Source: Pseudarcicella sp. (lineage in GTDB: Bacteria; Bacteroidota; Bacteroidia; Cytophagales; Spirosomataceae). From it: a DNA stretch of 51,906 nt. The stretch's first letter is position 1. Every line of letters starts with the position of its first letter. The stretch lies in assembly GCA_017988135.1 (NCBI GenBank), contig JAGNSI010000001.1:1-51906 (forward strand), given 5' to 3'. The translations under genes and the position numbers were made by a program. A model generated the notes under the pieces. The model did not search any database, was not told where the DNA came from, and was given only the letters and a program-made list of their open reading frames with translations. Positions 44,936 through 51,906 of the stretch are shown in pieces.

Positions 44936-46408
44936 ATGTCCTACCAAAGAAAGACTAAAATTGTGGCCACTGTAGGGCCAGCTACCGAATCTAAAGAGAT
45001 GTTGAAAGCCTTAGCTTTAGCTGGCGTAAATGTATTTAGACTTAACTTTTCGCATGGAACACATGCAGATCACAAAGCAAGACTAGTGATGATTAGAGAA
45101 CTAGCTTTGGAACTGGATTTAAACTTGACAATTTTACAAGATTTACAAGGGCCAAAAATCAGAACTCAACTTGTAGAAAACAATGGCGTTCCATTGGTAG
45201 CAGGTAATCAACTGATTTTTGCAATGGATGAAAATCTTTTGGGTACTTCAGAAAAAGTAGGAACCACTTATACTTCTATGTACCTAGATGTAAATGTAGG
45301 TGAAAGAATACTGATGGACGATGGTAACTTGGAAGTAAAAGTATTAGCCATAGACAAAGAAAAGAAGGAAGTAATAACTGAAGTAATTTACGGTGGTATT
45401 CTGAAATCTAAAAAAGGAATTAACCTTCCAGGCACAAAAGTTTCTTTGCCTTGTCTAACAGAAAAGGATGAACAAGACTTATATTTTGGACTTGAAAACG
45501 GTGTAGATTGGATAGCACTTTCTTTTGTAAGAAAAGCTGAAGACATTTTAGATATCAAACAAAAAATAGCTGCTAAAGGCAAAACTACCAAAGTAATAGC
45601 TAAAATAGAAAAACCTGAAGCAATAGAAAACCTTGACGAAATCATAGAAGCTACAGATGCCATTATGGTAGCTCGTGGTGACTTGGGTGTTGAACTTGAC
45701 AGTGCATTTGTGCCACATTTACAGAAACAAATGGTCGAAAAATGTACACAAGCAGGCAAACCAGTAATTGTAGCTACTCAAATGCTTGAGTCTATGATAA
45801 ATAACCCTGTGCCTACACGTGCCGAAACTTCTGATGTTGCCAATGCAGTATTACAAGGAGCTTCTGCAACTATGCTTAGTGGAGAATCTGCATCTGGAGA
45901 CTACCCTATCAAAGCAGTAGAAACTATGGCACACATACACGAAGTAGTTGAACAACAACAAAACGATATAAAAATAATTAACGGTAACGAAACCGCTATA
46001 TATTTCAAAAATCACGCTTTAGTAAACAACAATACGGCTTATCCATTAAACGACAGAATGATAGCTGGTGCTTGTAGATTGGCTAGAGATACCGAAGCGA
46101 AAGCCATTTTGTGCTTAACTGATTCGGGATACACTGCAGCTAAACTTTCAGCACACAGACCTAAAGCAAACCTTTACGTTTTTACTTCAAACAAAGAAAC
46201 CATGAACAATATGGGTTTACTGTGGGGAGCTAAAGTATTTTATTTCGAACCGAAAAATGACGATTTCCAAGATACTGTAAACGGAATGACAGAATTGCTT
46301 AAACAAAAAGGATTACTTCAAACTGGCGATGTTTTTGTTACTGCACTTAGCAATCCAGTAGGAAATGGTTTAAAAACAAATACAGTTCAATTAGGCACTA
46401 TCAACTAA
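44936..46408 (+). CDS. pyk: Pyruvate kinase
   Basis: 490 aa. KTKIVATVGPA, NFSHG, MVARGDLGVE and ATQMLESM motifs. Confidence 0.93.
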   Translation: MSYQRKTKIVATVGPATESKEMLKALALAGVNVFRLNFSHGTHADHKARLVMIRELALELDLNLTILQDLQGPKIRTQLVENNGVPLVAGNQLIFAMDENLLGTSEKVGTTYTSMYLDVNVGERILMDDGNLEVKVLAIDKEKKEVITEVIYGGILKSKKGINLPGTKVSLPCLTEKDEQDLYFGLENGVDWIALSFVRKAEDILDIKQKIAAKGKTTKVIAKIEKPEAIENLDEIIEATDAIMVARGDLGVELDSAFVPHLQKQMVEKCTQAGKPVIVATQMLESMINNPVPTRAETSDVANAVLQGASATMLSGESASGDYPIKAVETMAHIHEVVEQQQNDIKIINGNETAIYFKNHALVNNNTAYPLNDRMIAGACRLARDTEAKAILCLTDSGYTAAKLSAHRPKANLYVFTSNKETMNNMGLLWGAKVFYFEPKNDDFQDTVNGMTELLKQKGLLQTGDVFVTALSNPVGNGLKTNTVQLGTIN

Positions 46409-46430
46409 TTTTACTGTTACAGTTATAACA

Positions 46431-46458
46431 AAAAAAGAGCTTCTTAGAAATAAGAAGC
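46431..46458. terminator. Hairpin downstream of pyk (copy 1 of a duplicated element)
   Basis: AAAAAAGA, GCTTCTTA, GAAA loop, TAAGAAGC. Perfect 8-bp stem. A T11 run begins 9 nt downstream. Confidence 0.5.
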
Positions 46459-46489
46459 AATAATCAATTTTTTTTTTTGTAAAAATGCA

Positions 46490-46535
46490 CTAACAAAAAA
46501 GAGCTTCTTTGAAATAAGAAGCTCTTTTTTGTTAG
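46490..46535. terminator. Strong bidirectional terminator (copy 2 of the duplicated element)
   Basis: CTAACAAAAAAGAGCTTCTT, 6-nt loop, AAGAAGCTCTTTTTTGTTAG. This is a 20-bp perfect stem. The stop codon of the convergent minus-strand gene lies within the right arm. Confidence 0.8.
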
Positions 46536-47617
46536 TGTTGAAAACTCAATCGCTCAGCCAATAAAGCCAAACAATGAGCTTCACAACTCCATTTCATATG
46601 AAAAATTGAGCAGGAAGATAACTTATAAATAAACTGATTTTCAAAAGCAGTTAAAAAACCACCTATAAAAAAATTCCAATCGGGTGCATACAATGCTAAG
46701 ACCTGTTCGTCATTACTCAATTGTAAATTTGGATTTAAGCGTAAATAACTGGTTTCTAAAATCAATCTATCCATTCCTTTAACAGTTTTCTTATCTAAAA
46801 ACAAAGCAATATCATCACTTAACTTACACTTAACTTTCACTGAATCTAATCTATCAAAATCAGCAAACAGTCTTGCTAAATGATACATAATTACAGGTGT
46901 ACTGGCATAATGATGGGCCACATTGAATGGTTGAATGATGTATTGATTGGTTAAAATAACCGATTCTAAATACAACAAAGTACTGATAGCATGCTTATCA
47001 AAACTCAAATTATAATACGCCAAACAATACAAAATATTAGACATAGCACAAGCGTCAAACTCATTGTACATTTTATTGCCAAACCAAGTACTGTATGCAG
47101 GCAATTCTTTGTATTCTTCAAATGTATTTACTATTGTTTTCTGAGAAGTATTGGCATGAAATTTCAATCTTTCTTGTAATTTTTCGAGCTGAATTTTATC
47201 AGGAATACTTGTCAAATACACCATCGCTGTGTCATCTATGTCATCTGGTAATTGCAAAAAATCTAAATATTTAAGTACAAATCCATTTGTAAAATGTTTA
47301 GACGGCTTGGTTTGAAAAAAATTATACGTTTCAAAACCCTGTTTATTTTCAAACAAATGATAAGCATTTTGTGCATTTAATGTAATATCAGAGATTAATT
47401 TTTGGGTAAAAATATCACATTTGTTTTTTATTTGGTTGAGTGTAAAAATGGTGATTGCCGTAGAAAATATATTTGCATCGGGTCGCTTATAAAACCATAA
47501 ATAATTGCTTCGATAAGAAGCAAAACATCCCTTAGGAAAATATTTATCACTTGATTTAGATTGTAAATCAGCTATTTGTAAAACTATGTCTTTAATTTTT
47601 TCCAATACAAAATTCAA
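46532..47617 (-). CDS. Hypothetical protein with DxDDTA motif (possible alpha/alpha-toroid, class II terpene-cyclase-like)
   Basis: 361 aa. LQLPDDIDDTAMVYL at residues 121-135. No ATG at the 5' end (TTG at 47617). The start is uncertain because an upstream terminator abuts it. Confidence 0.5.
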   Translation of the reverse strand: MNFVLEKIKDIVLQIADLQSKSSDKYFPKGCFASYRSNYLWFYKRPDANIFSTAITIFTLNQIKNKCDIFTQKLISDITLNAQNAYHLFENKQGFETYNFFQTKPSKHFTNGFVLKYLDFLQLPDDIDDTAMVYLTSIPDKIQLEKLQERLKFHANTSQKTIVNTFEEYKELPAYSTWFGNKMYNEFDACAMSNILYCLAYYNLSFDKHAISTLLYLESVILTNQYIIQPFNVAHHYASTPVIMYHLARLFADFDRLDSVKVKCKLSDDIALFLDKKTVKGMDRLILETSYLRLNPNLQLSNDEQVLALYAPDWNFFIGGFLTAFENQFIYKLSSCSIFHMKWSCEAHCLALLAERLSFQH

Positions 47618-47651
47618 AAAAAATAGGCTACAAATCTCTTTATAGCCCTAT
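47616..47651 (-). terminator. Intrinsic terminator downstream of the YugP-like gene
   Basis: Minus strand reads ATAGGGCTAT, loop, TAGCCTAT, followed by T8. The stem has one bulge. Confidence 0.6.
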
Positions 47652-47672
47652 TATAAAAATCAACAACCTGAT

Positions 47673-48368
47673 TTAATTATTATTTCTTCTTCCTAAAAGC
47701 AATGAAACATAATATAGTAATTGAGCCACCATACTCAAAGCTGCTACTACGTATGTCATAGCTGCCCACCAAAGGGCATCTTTTGCCATTACATGCTCCT
47801 GTGGCGTTACTACACGATTGGTATCTATCCAAGCTAAAGCTCTTTTACTTGCATCAAACTCAACTGGTAGAGTTACCAAACTAAACAATGTTGCAGCTGC
47901 AAACATAGCTATACCAATCAACAATAACAACGGATTCTTAGTAGAATACAACACCATAACACCTATACCTAATGCTAATGGCATAAATTTATTGGCTATA
48001 TTCATTACTGGCACAAGGCTACTTCTTACACCCAACATAGCATATGCAGTTGCGTGCTGTACAGCATGTCCACATTCGTGGGCAGCTACAGCAGTGGCAG
48101 ATACACTTATGCTATTAAAAACGCCTTCGCTAAGATTCACAGTTTTGTCTACTGGATTATAATGGTCGGTAAGCATGCCTTCTACAGAAACTACTCTTAC
48201 ATCAAAAATATTATTATCTCTGAGCATTTTTTCGGCAACTTGCTTGCCTGTTAAACCTGCAATTAAACCAACTTGTGAGTATTCTTCAAATTTAGACTTT
48301 AATCTATTGTTTACCCACCAACCTATTAGTCCAAATAATGCTGTTAATAAATAAATTCCGATTCCCAT
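47673..48368 (-). CDS. Membrane zinc metallopeptidase, YugP family
   Basis: 231 aa. N-terminal TM, HECGHAVQH zinc motif and C-terminal TM segments. Confidence 0.85.
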   Translation of the reverse strand: MGIGIYLLTALFGLIGWWVNNRLKSKFEEYSQVGLIAGLTGKQVAEKMLRDNNIFDVRVVSVEGMLTDHYNPVDKTVNLSEGVFNSISVSATAVAAHECGHAVQHATAYAMLGVRSSLVPVMNIANKFMPLALGIGVMVLYSTKNPLLLLIGIAMFAAATLFSLVTLPVEFDASKRALAWIDTNRVVTPQEHVMAKDALWWAAMTYVVAALSMVAQLLYYVSLLLGRRNNN

Positions 48369-48375
48369 TTTTGTA

Positions 48376-48855
48376 TTAGTTTAATTTTTTTATTTTTTCG
48401 ATAATTTTGGTAGTTGAATAGCCTTTCACTAAAGCTACAGTTTCTACTTTTCCTCCATTTTTAAGCACTACTTCTGCTCCAACTATATTGTCTACGGTAT
48501 AATCATCTCCTTTTACCAATACGTCAGGCATTAGTTTGGTAATAAGTTCTAATGGTGTTTGTTCGTCAAACACTACCACTAAATGTACAAACTCGAATGC
48601 AGCCAGCATTCTGGCTCTTGCGTACTCATCAACTACTGGTCTTGTATTGCCTTTTAATTTTCTGACTGATTGATCAGAGTTTACTCCTAAAACCAATTTA
48701 CTTCCCAATTTACTTGATTTTTCCAAATAATCAATATGCCCTAAATGAACTATATCAAAACATCCGTTGGTAAAAACAATTTTATTGTCTTTTAATTTCC
48801 AATCTGCTATAATATTTTGTGCATTCTCTATTGTTTGAATTTTATTTTCTGTCAT
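48376..48855 (-). CDS. rfaE2: D-glycero-beta-D-manno-heptose 1-phosphate adenylyltransferase-like cytidylyltransferase
   Basis: 159 aa. [19 protein letters not shown] (HxGH nucleotidyltransferase motif). Confidence 0.8.
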   Translation of the reverse strand: MTENKIQTIENAQNIIADWKLKDNKIVFTNGCFDIVHLGHIDYLEKSSKLGSKLVLGVNSDQSVRKLKGNTRPVVDEYARARMLAAFEFVHLVVVFDEQTPLELITKLMPDVLVKGDDYTVDNIVGAEVVLKNGGKVETVALVKGYSTTKIIEKIKKLN

Positions 48856-48856
48856 T

Positions 48857-49756
48857 TTATATTTTTTGAGCTTTTGGGTGAGCCAATTTATAATTTTCTT
48901 TTATTTTTTCTATAGAATTATGGGTATAAACTTGTGTTGCCGCCAAAGACGAATGCCCTAATAACTCTTTTATTGCATTGAGGTCTGCCCCATTGTTTAG
49001 TAAATGTGTTGCATAGCTATGCCTTAATACGTGAGGAGAAGTTTTAGCAAGTGATGTTACAGCAGACAAATGTTTATTGGTAATCCTTTGGATAAGCATC
49101 GGATAAGCTTTTTCTCCTTTTAAGGTACAAATAAGATAATCAGAAAAAATACTACTTTGTTTTTTTGTTTCAATATAATTTTCAATAAAACTTGTCAATT
49201 CTTTAGGAAAAGGCACAATGCGTTGTTTATTTCCTTTTCCAATTACTTTGATGAAATTTTGATAAAAATCTATATCAGATACTTTTAAATGAATCAATTC
49301 AGACAATCTTATTCCTGTTCCATAAATGATTTCTATAACCAAATGGTCTCGTTTTGCTTCAAAATCGTCTCCAAAAAGTCCCTCTTCTTGTATTGCGTTC
49401 ATTTCGCTTTCTCGTGCATATTGAGGCAATACTTGAGGTGTTTTAAGTGCTATTACTTTAAGCATTGGGTCTTTTATGATTTTTTTTTCTTTCAAAAGAA
49501 ATTTAAAAAAAGACCTTAAAACTGCAATTTTCCTATTAATACTTTTATTGGCTATTTTTTTTTCTGACAAGGATACAATCCATGCTCGCACTATTTGTGA
49601 ATTGACTTTAGTATAATCATTTGGAGGCGAATCGGACTCTATAAATTCTAAAAATTGATTCAAATCTATAGAATATGCTACAATTGTATGCTCTGAACGA
49701 CGCTTTTGTGTAGCTTGTTCTGCAATAAATTCGCTGATATCTTTTCTAAAATCCAT
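48857..49756 (-). CDS. xerC: Tyrosine site-specific recombinase XerC/XerD-like
   Basis: Catalytic RLSEL..., [12 protein letters not shown] and [14 protein letters not shown]. The ATG at 49756 (MDFRKD) is preferred because the longer ORF would include the rpsU terminator. Confidence 0.85.
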   Translation of the reverse strand: MDFRKDISEFIAEQATQKRRSEHTIVAYSIDLNQFLEFIESDSPPNDYTKVNSQIVRAWIVSLSEKKIANKSINRKIAVLRSFFKFLLKEKKIIKDPMLKVIALKTPQVLPQYARESEMNAIQEEGLFGDDFEAKRDHLVIEIIYGTGIRLSELIHLKVSDIDFYQNFIKVIGKGNKQRIVPFPKELTSFIENYIETKKQSSIFSDYLICTLKGEKAYPMLIQRITNKHLSAVTSLAKTSPHVLRHSYATHLLNNGADLNAIKELLGHSSLAATQVYTHNSIEKIKENYKLAHPKAQKI

Positions 49757-49767
49757 GCCCGAATATA

Positions 49768-49801
49768 CAAAAAAAGCTGTCAGTTTATGACAGCTTTTTT
49801 T
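49768..49801. terminator. Strong bidirectional intrinsic terminator downstream of rpsU
   Basis: A8, AGCTGTCA, GTTTA loop, TGACAGCT, T7. Perfect 8-bp stem. Confidence 0.8.
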
Positions 49802-49827
49802 AAAATATATCAATGTTCACTTAGATA

Positions 49828-50022
49828 CTATGACTCTAAGTTACCGTAAGTTACTTGTTTGTAAGCAGCACGAATCATTTCTGTACGACGAGCAACAGAT
49901 GGTTTTTGAAAAGCACCTCTTCTACGTAGTTCTTTAACAACTCCTGTTTTTTCAAATTTTTTCTTGAATCTTTTTAGAGCCTTATCTATTGACTCATTTT
50001 CTTTGATACTGATAATTAACAT
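49828..50022 (-). CDS. rpsU: 30S ribosomal protein S21
   Basis: 64 aa. ESIDKALKRFKKKFEKTGVVKELRRR..FQKPS..RR. Confidence 0.93.
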   Translation of the reverse strand: MLIISIKENESIDKALKRFKKKFEKTGVVKELRRRGAFQKPSVARRTEMIRAAYKQVTYGNLES

Positions 50023-50065
50023 TTGTATAATTTTGTTTATTTTGAATCTAACTTATAAGAAAAAA

Positions 50066-50073
50066 CAAATTTA
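50066..50073 (-). promoter_or_regulatory. Candidate -7 box (TAAATTTG on the minus strand) for rpsU
   Basis: Plus-strand CAAATTTA is the reverse complement of TAnnTTTG. It lies 44-51 nt upstream of the rpsU ATG. Confidence 0.4.
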
Positions 50074-50175
50074 CAATAAAATTGACTTAATATAAAACTA
50101 ATGAGAGTTTTTTTTTATTATTGCATAAAATTTATCTAAACAAAACCTCTTCTTCAGAGGTAAAATAAAAATTAA

Positions 50176-51708
50176 GTGAATACTTTCTTTTCTTATTTGT
50201 ACGAATTTTTCAAAAAAAATTCTACAACCCTTGCTATTATCGTCGGTACGATTTGTTTTTTAGTACTTATCTATGTTAAAATGGGGTATGTTTTTTCTTT
50301 TTATCCCGACATAAGTGGTGCCGAAAATTCTACCATTTTACCACTTCAAAGATTCATATTGGGATTGTCCATTTATTCAGACCCAGAAAAAATACCCTTT
50401 CTTATTACTCCATATACACCTTTGTATTATGTGATAGTGGGTAGTTTGTACAAAATATTAGGATTTGACCCAGAAAATATACATAAAATATATGCTTTAA
50501 GCAGATTTATGTCATTGTGCTTTGTACTATTAGCTTGTGTTTCAATGAGTCTTACGATGCGTTTATTGCAATTCACAAAACGTTATATTTGGCTAGCTAC
50601 TTTATTGGTTTTTCATGTTTTGGCTTATTGGCAACTTACTTCTTCTCGTCAAGACAGCTTGTTATTTTTGTTATTTACACTGTTTTTTCATTTTGCCGTT
50701 AAATCTATTTTATATAATGATAAAGTAAATAAATACAGCTATTTAGCTATTATAATTGCCGTTATTGCATTTTTTGGCAAACAAAGTGGCATGGTTTATC
50801 CAATAATTTTTGGATTATATTTTCTTTATAAACGTGAATTTACCACATTCATAAAAATAACTTTTACAGGAACTATTACCTTTATTGTTTTTAGTTTTCT
50901 ATGCTCAAATGTTGATTTAATTTCATTTTTTAGAAATATAGTAGGCGGTCTCATGAACACTATCAGCCTTGAATGGTGGTACTACTATACATTTGTACAT
51001 TTGCTATATCCTTTGGCAATTCCTATTGTTTTGAGTGGCTTAATAGCTTTAAAATGGCTAACATCCAAAAGCTCAAATTCAGAAATATTTTTATCGATAA
51101 GCTTGATTACTTTGTTGTTTTTCAACTTATCTATTAGCTTGAAAGTAGGCGCTGCTATTGGTTATTTTAGCGATTATATTTACATAAGCATATTGGTGAT
51201 TTTCTATTATTTCACCCAACATTCACTTTCTGCATTTCAGCGTGCTTTTATGGCTGGTATTTGCGTTTGTGTATTTGTGCAATTTAGTGTAGAAAAAGCT
51301 TGGGGTTTAAAAAAATTCAACAATGAAGGCGATTTTTCTCAAGTATATGCTTTAGAATGGCAAGTAAAGCAGTTTATGAATGATAGTTTAAAATTAAGCA
51401 AAAAAGATTTTGTGTATTTAGGACGAATGAATAAACCTTATGGAGGATATTATTTAAATTATTTTTTACAAAAAAACAACCTGGTTCCGTTAAACGAAAC
51501 CATCACCCTCACCAAGCGACAAGGTGTTTACAATTACGACAACTTCGACAAACTCGTTTATAATGGACAATTGACTTACATCATTTGCGAGAAAGGTGTC
51601 CCAAAAAATAAAATTTTCATACCGCCATTTGAACATTTAAACGACAAGCACCAATACCAATTACTAACTTCGGTTGAAGGCTTTGATATTTACAAATGGA
51701 ACAAATAA
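50176..51708 (+). CDS. Polytopic membrane protein, possibly a GT-C (ArnT/PMT-like) glycosyltransferase
   Basis: 510 aa, GTG start. About 10 or more hydrophobic segments followed by a soluble C-terminal domain of about 130 aa. The family assignment rests on architecture only. Confidence 0.4.
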   Translation: MNTFFSYLYEFFKKNSTTLAIIVGTICFLVLIYVKMGYVFSFYPDISGAENSTILPLQRFILGLSIYSDPEKIPFLITPYTPLYYVIVGSLYKILGFDPENIHKIYALSRFMSLCFVLLACVSMSLTMRLLQFTKRYIWLATLLVFHVLAYWQLTSSRQDSLLFLLFTLFFHFAVKSILYNDKVNKYSYLAIIIAVIAFFGKQSGMVYPIIFGLYFLYKREFTTFIKITFTGTITFIVFSFLCSNVDLISFFRNIVGGLMNTISLEWWYYYTFVHLLYPLAIPIVLSGLIALKWLTSKSSNSEIFLSISLITLLFFNLSISLKVGAAIGYFSDYIYISILVIFYYFTQHSLSAFQRAFMAGICVCVFVQFSVEKAWGLKKFNNEGDFSQVYALEWQVKQFMNDSLKLSKKDFVYLGRMNKPYGGYYLNYFLQKNNLVPLNETITLTKRQGVYNYDNFDKLVYNGQLTYIICEKGVPKNKIFIPPFEHLNDKHQYQLLTSVEGFDIYKWNK

Positions 51709-51733
51709 TTCAAAAAGTTTTATTTTAAAACCC

Positions 51734-51770
51734 AAAAGAGGCTGCCCCAATGGAGACAGCCTCTTTTTTT
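51734..51770. terminator. Bidirectional intrinsic terminator
   Basis: AAAAGAGGCTG, 12-nt loop, CAGCCTCTTTTTTT. An 8-bp GC-rich stem between convergent genes. Confidence 0.75.
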
Positions 51771-51789
51771 ACAATTAAATTCACATATT

Positions 51790-51906
51790 CTACCTTAGTT
51801 TTAAAGTCACCAAAGTAAGCACAGCTAGCAATATTCCAATTATCCAAAATCTTGTTACTATTTTGGCTTCATGGTAATTTTTCTTTTGAAAATGGTGATG
51901 CAAAGG
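51790..51906 (-). CDS. 3' end of a small membrane protein (C-terminus resembles prokaryotic cytochrome c oxidase subunit IV family); the ORF is open to the right window edge
   Basis: The minus strand reads ...[38 protein letters not shown]. Only 38 codons are visible, so the call is tentative. Confidence 0.3.
   Translation of the reverse strand, partial: PLHHHFQKKNYHEAKIVTRFWIIGILLAVLTLVTLKLR

Noticed and set aside
1-51906. Window-wide search for CRISPR arrays, tRNA/rRNA genes, IS elements or transposases, toxin-antitoxin pairs and known defence-system domains
   Set aside because: Intergenic regions are short and AT-rich and show no cloverleaf-like or spacer-repeat organisation. No transposase, nuclease, reverse-transcriptase, TIR or STAND-type proteins were recognised among the ORFs. 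A proper tRNAscan, Infernal or DefenseFinder run would be needed to exclude them formally.

Overview
Visibly AT-rich chromosomal window from a Bacteroidota-type genome. The clues are a fused lpxC/fabZ, gldG, a giant adhesin with a T9SS C-terminal sorting domain, a fused DAHP synthase/chorismate mutase, and TAnnTTTG -7 promoter boxes. Most of it is housekeeping: folD, the HD-lpxD-lpxC/fabZ-lpxA block, dnaN, gldG, a PpiD-like chaperone, a partial arginine operon (GNAT-argG-argC-OMP-argD) with argH about 20 kb away, relA/spoT, proline dehydrogenase, aroG/pheA-type DAHPS-CM, nuoIJK, pyk, rpsU, xerC and rfaE2. I found no rRNA, tRNA, CRISPR array, IS element or prophage. The accessory-looking part is about 20.3-33.7 kb. 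It holds a 1500-aa T9SS adhesin, then two signal-less phage tail-collar (MdpB-like) paralogues tightly coupled to a TAT-signal dioxygenase-fold protein and a PKHD-type 2OG oxygenase. Divergent from these is a cupin Asp/Asn beta-hydroxylase translationally coupled to a PAPS-type sulfotransferase. The shared promoter region carries 4-5 copies of a TAACACAC(T/C)A motif. Further right are an exported acetolactate-decarboxylase homologue, a GT4/methyltransferase/formyltransferase operon and a stand-alone APS kinase. I rate this oxygenase/sulfation/tail-collar island the best candidate for an undescribed system. Other points of note are a 102-bp x 6.4 tandem repeat that gives NuoI a 217-aa K/P/E/S-rich tail, a 361-aa hypothetical protein with a DxDDTA class-II terpene-cyclase-like motif, a nearly identical 201-bp tandem module inside the adhesin, an Arg-rich upstream ORF in the arg operon leader, and a stand-alone FecR N-terminal fragment. 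All functional calls come from reading the translated ORFs for motifs; no database search was run.
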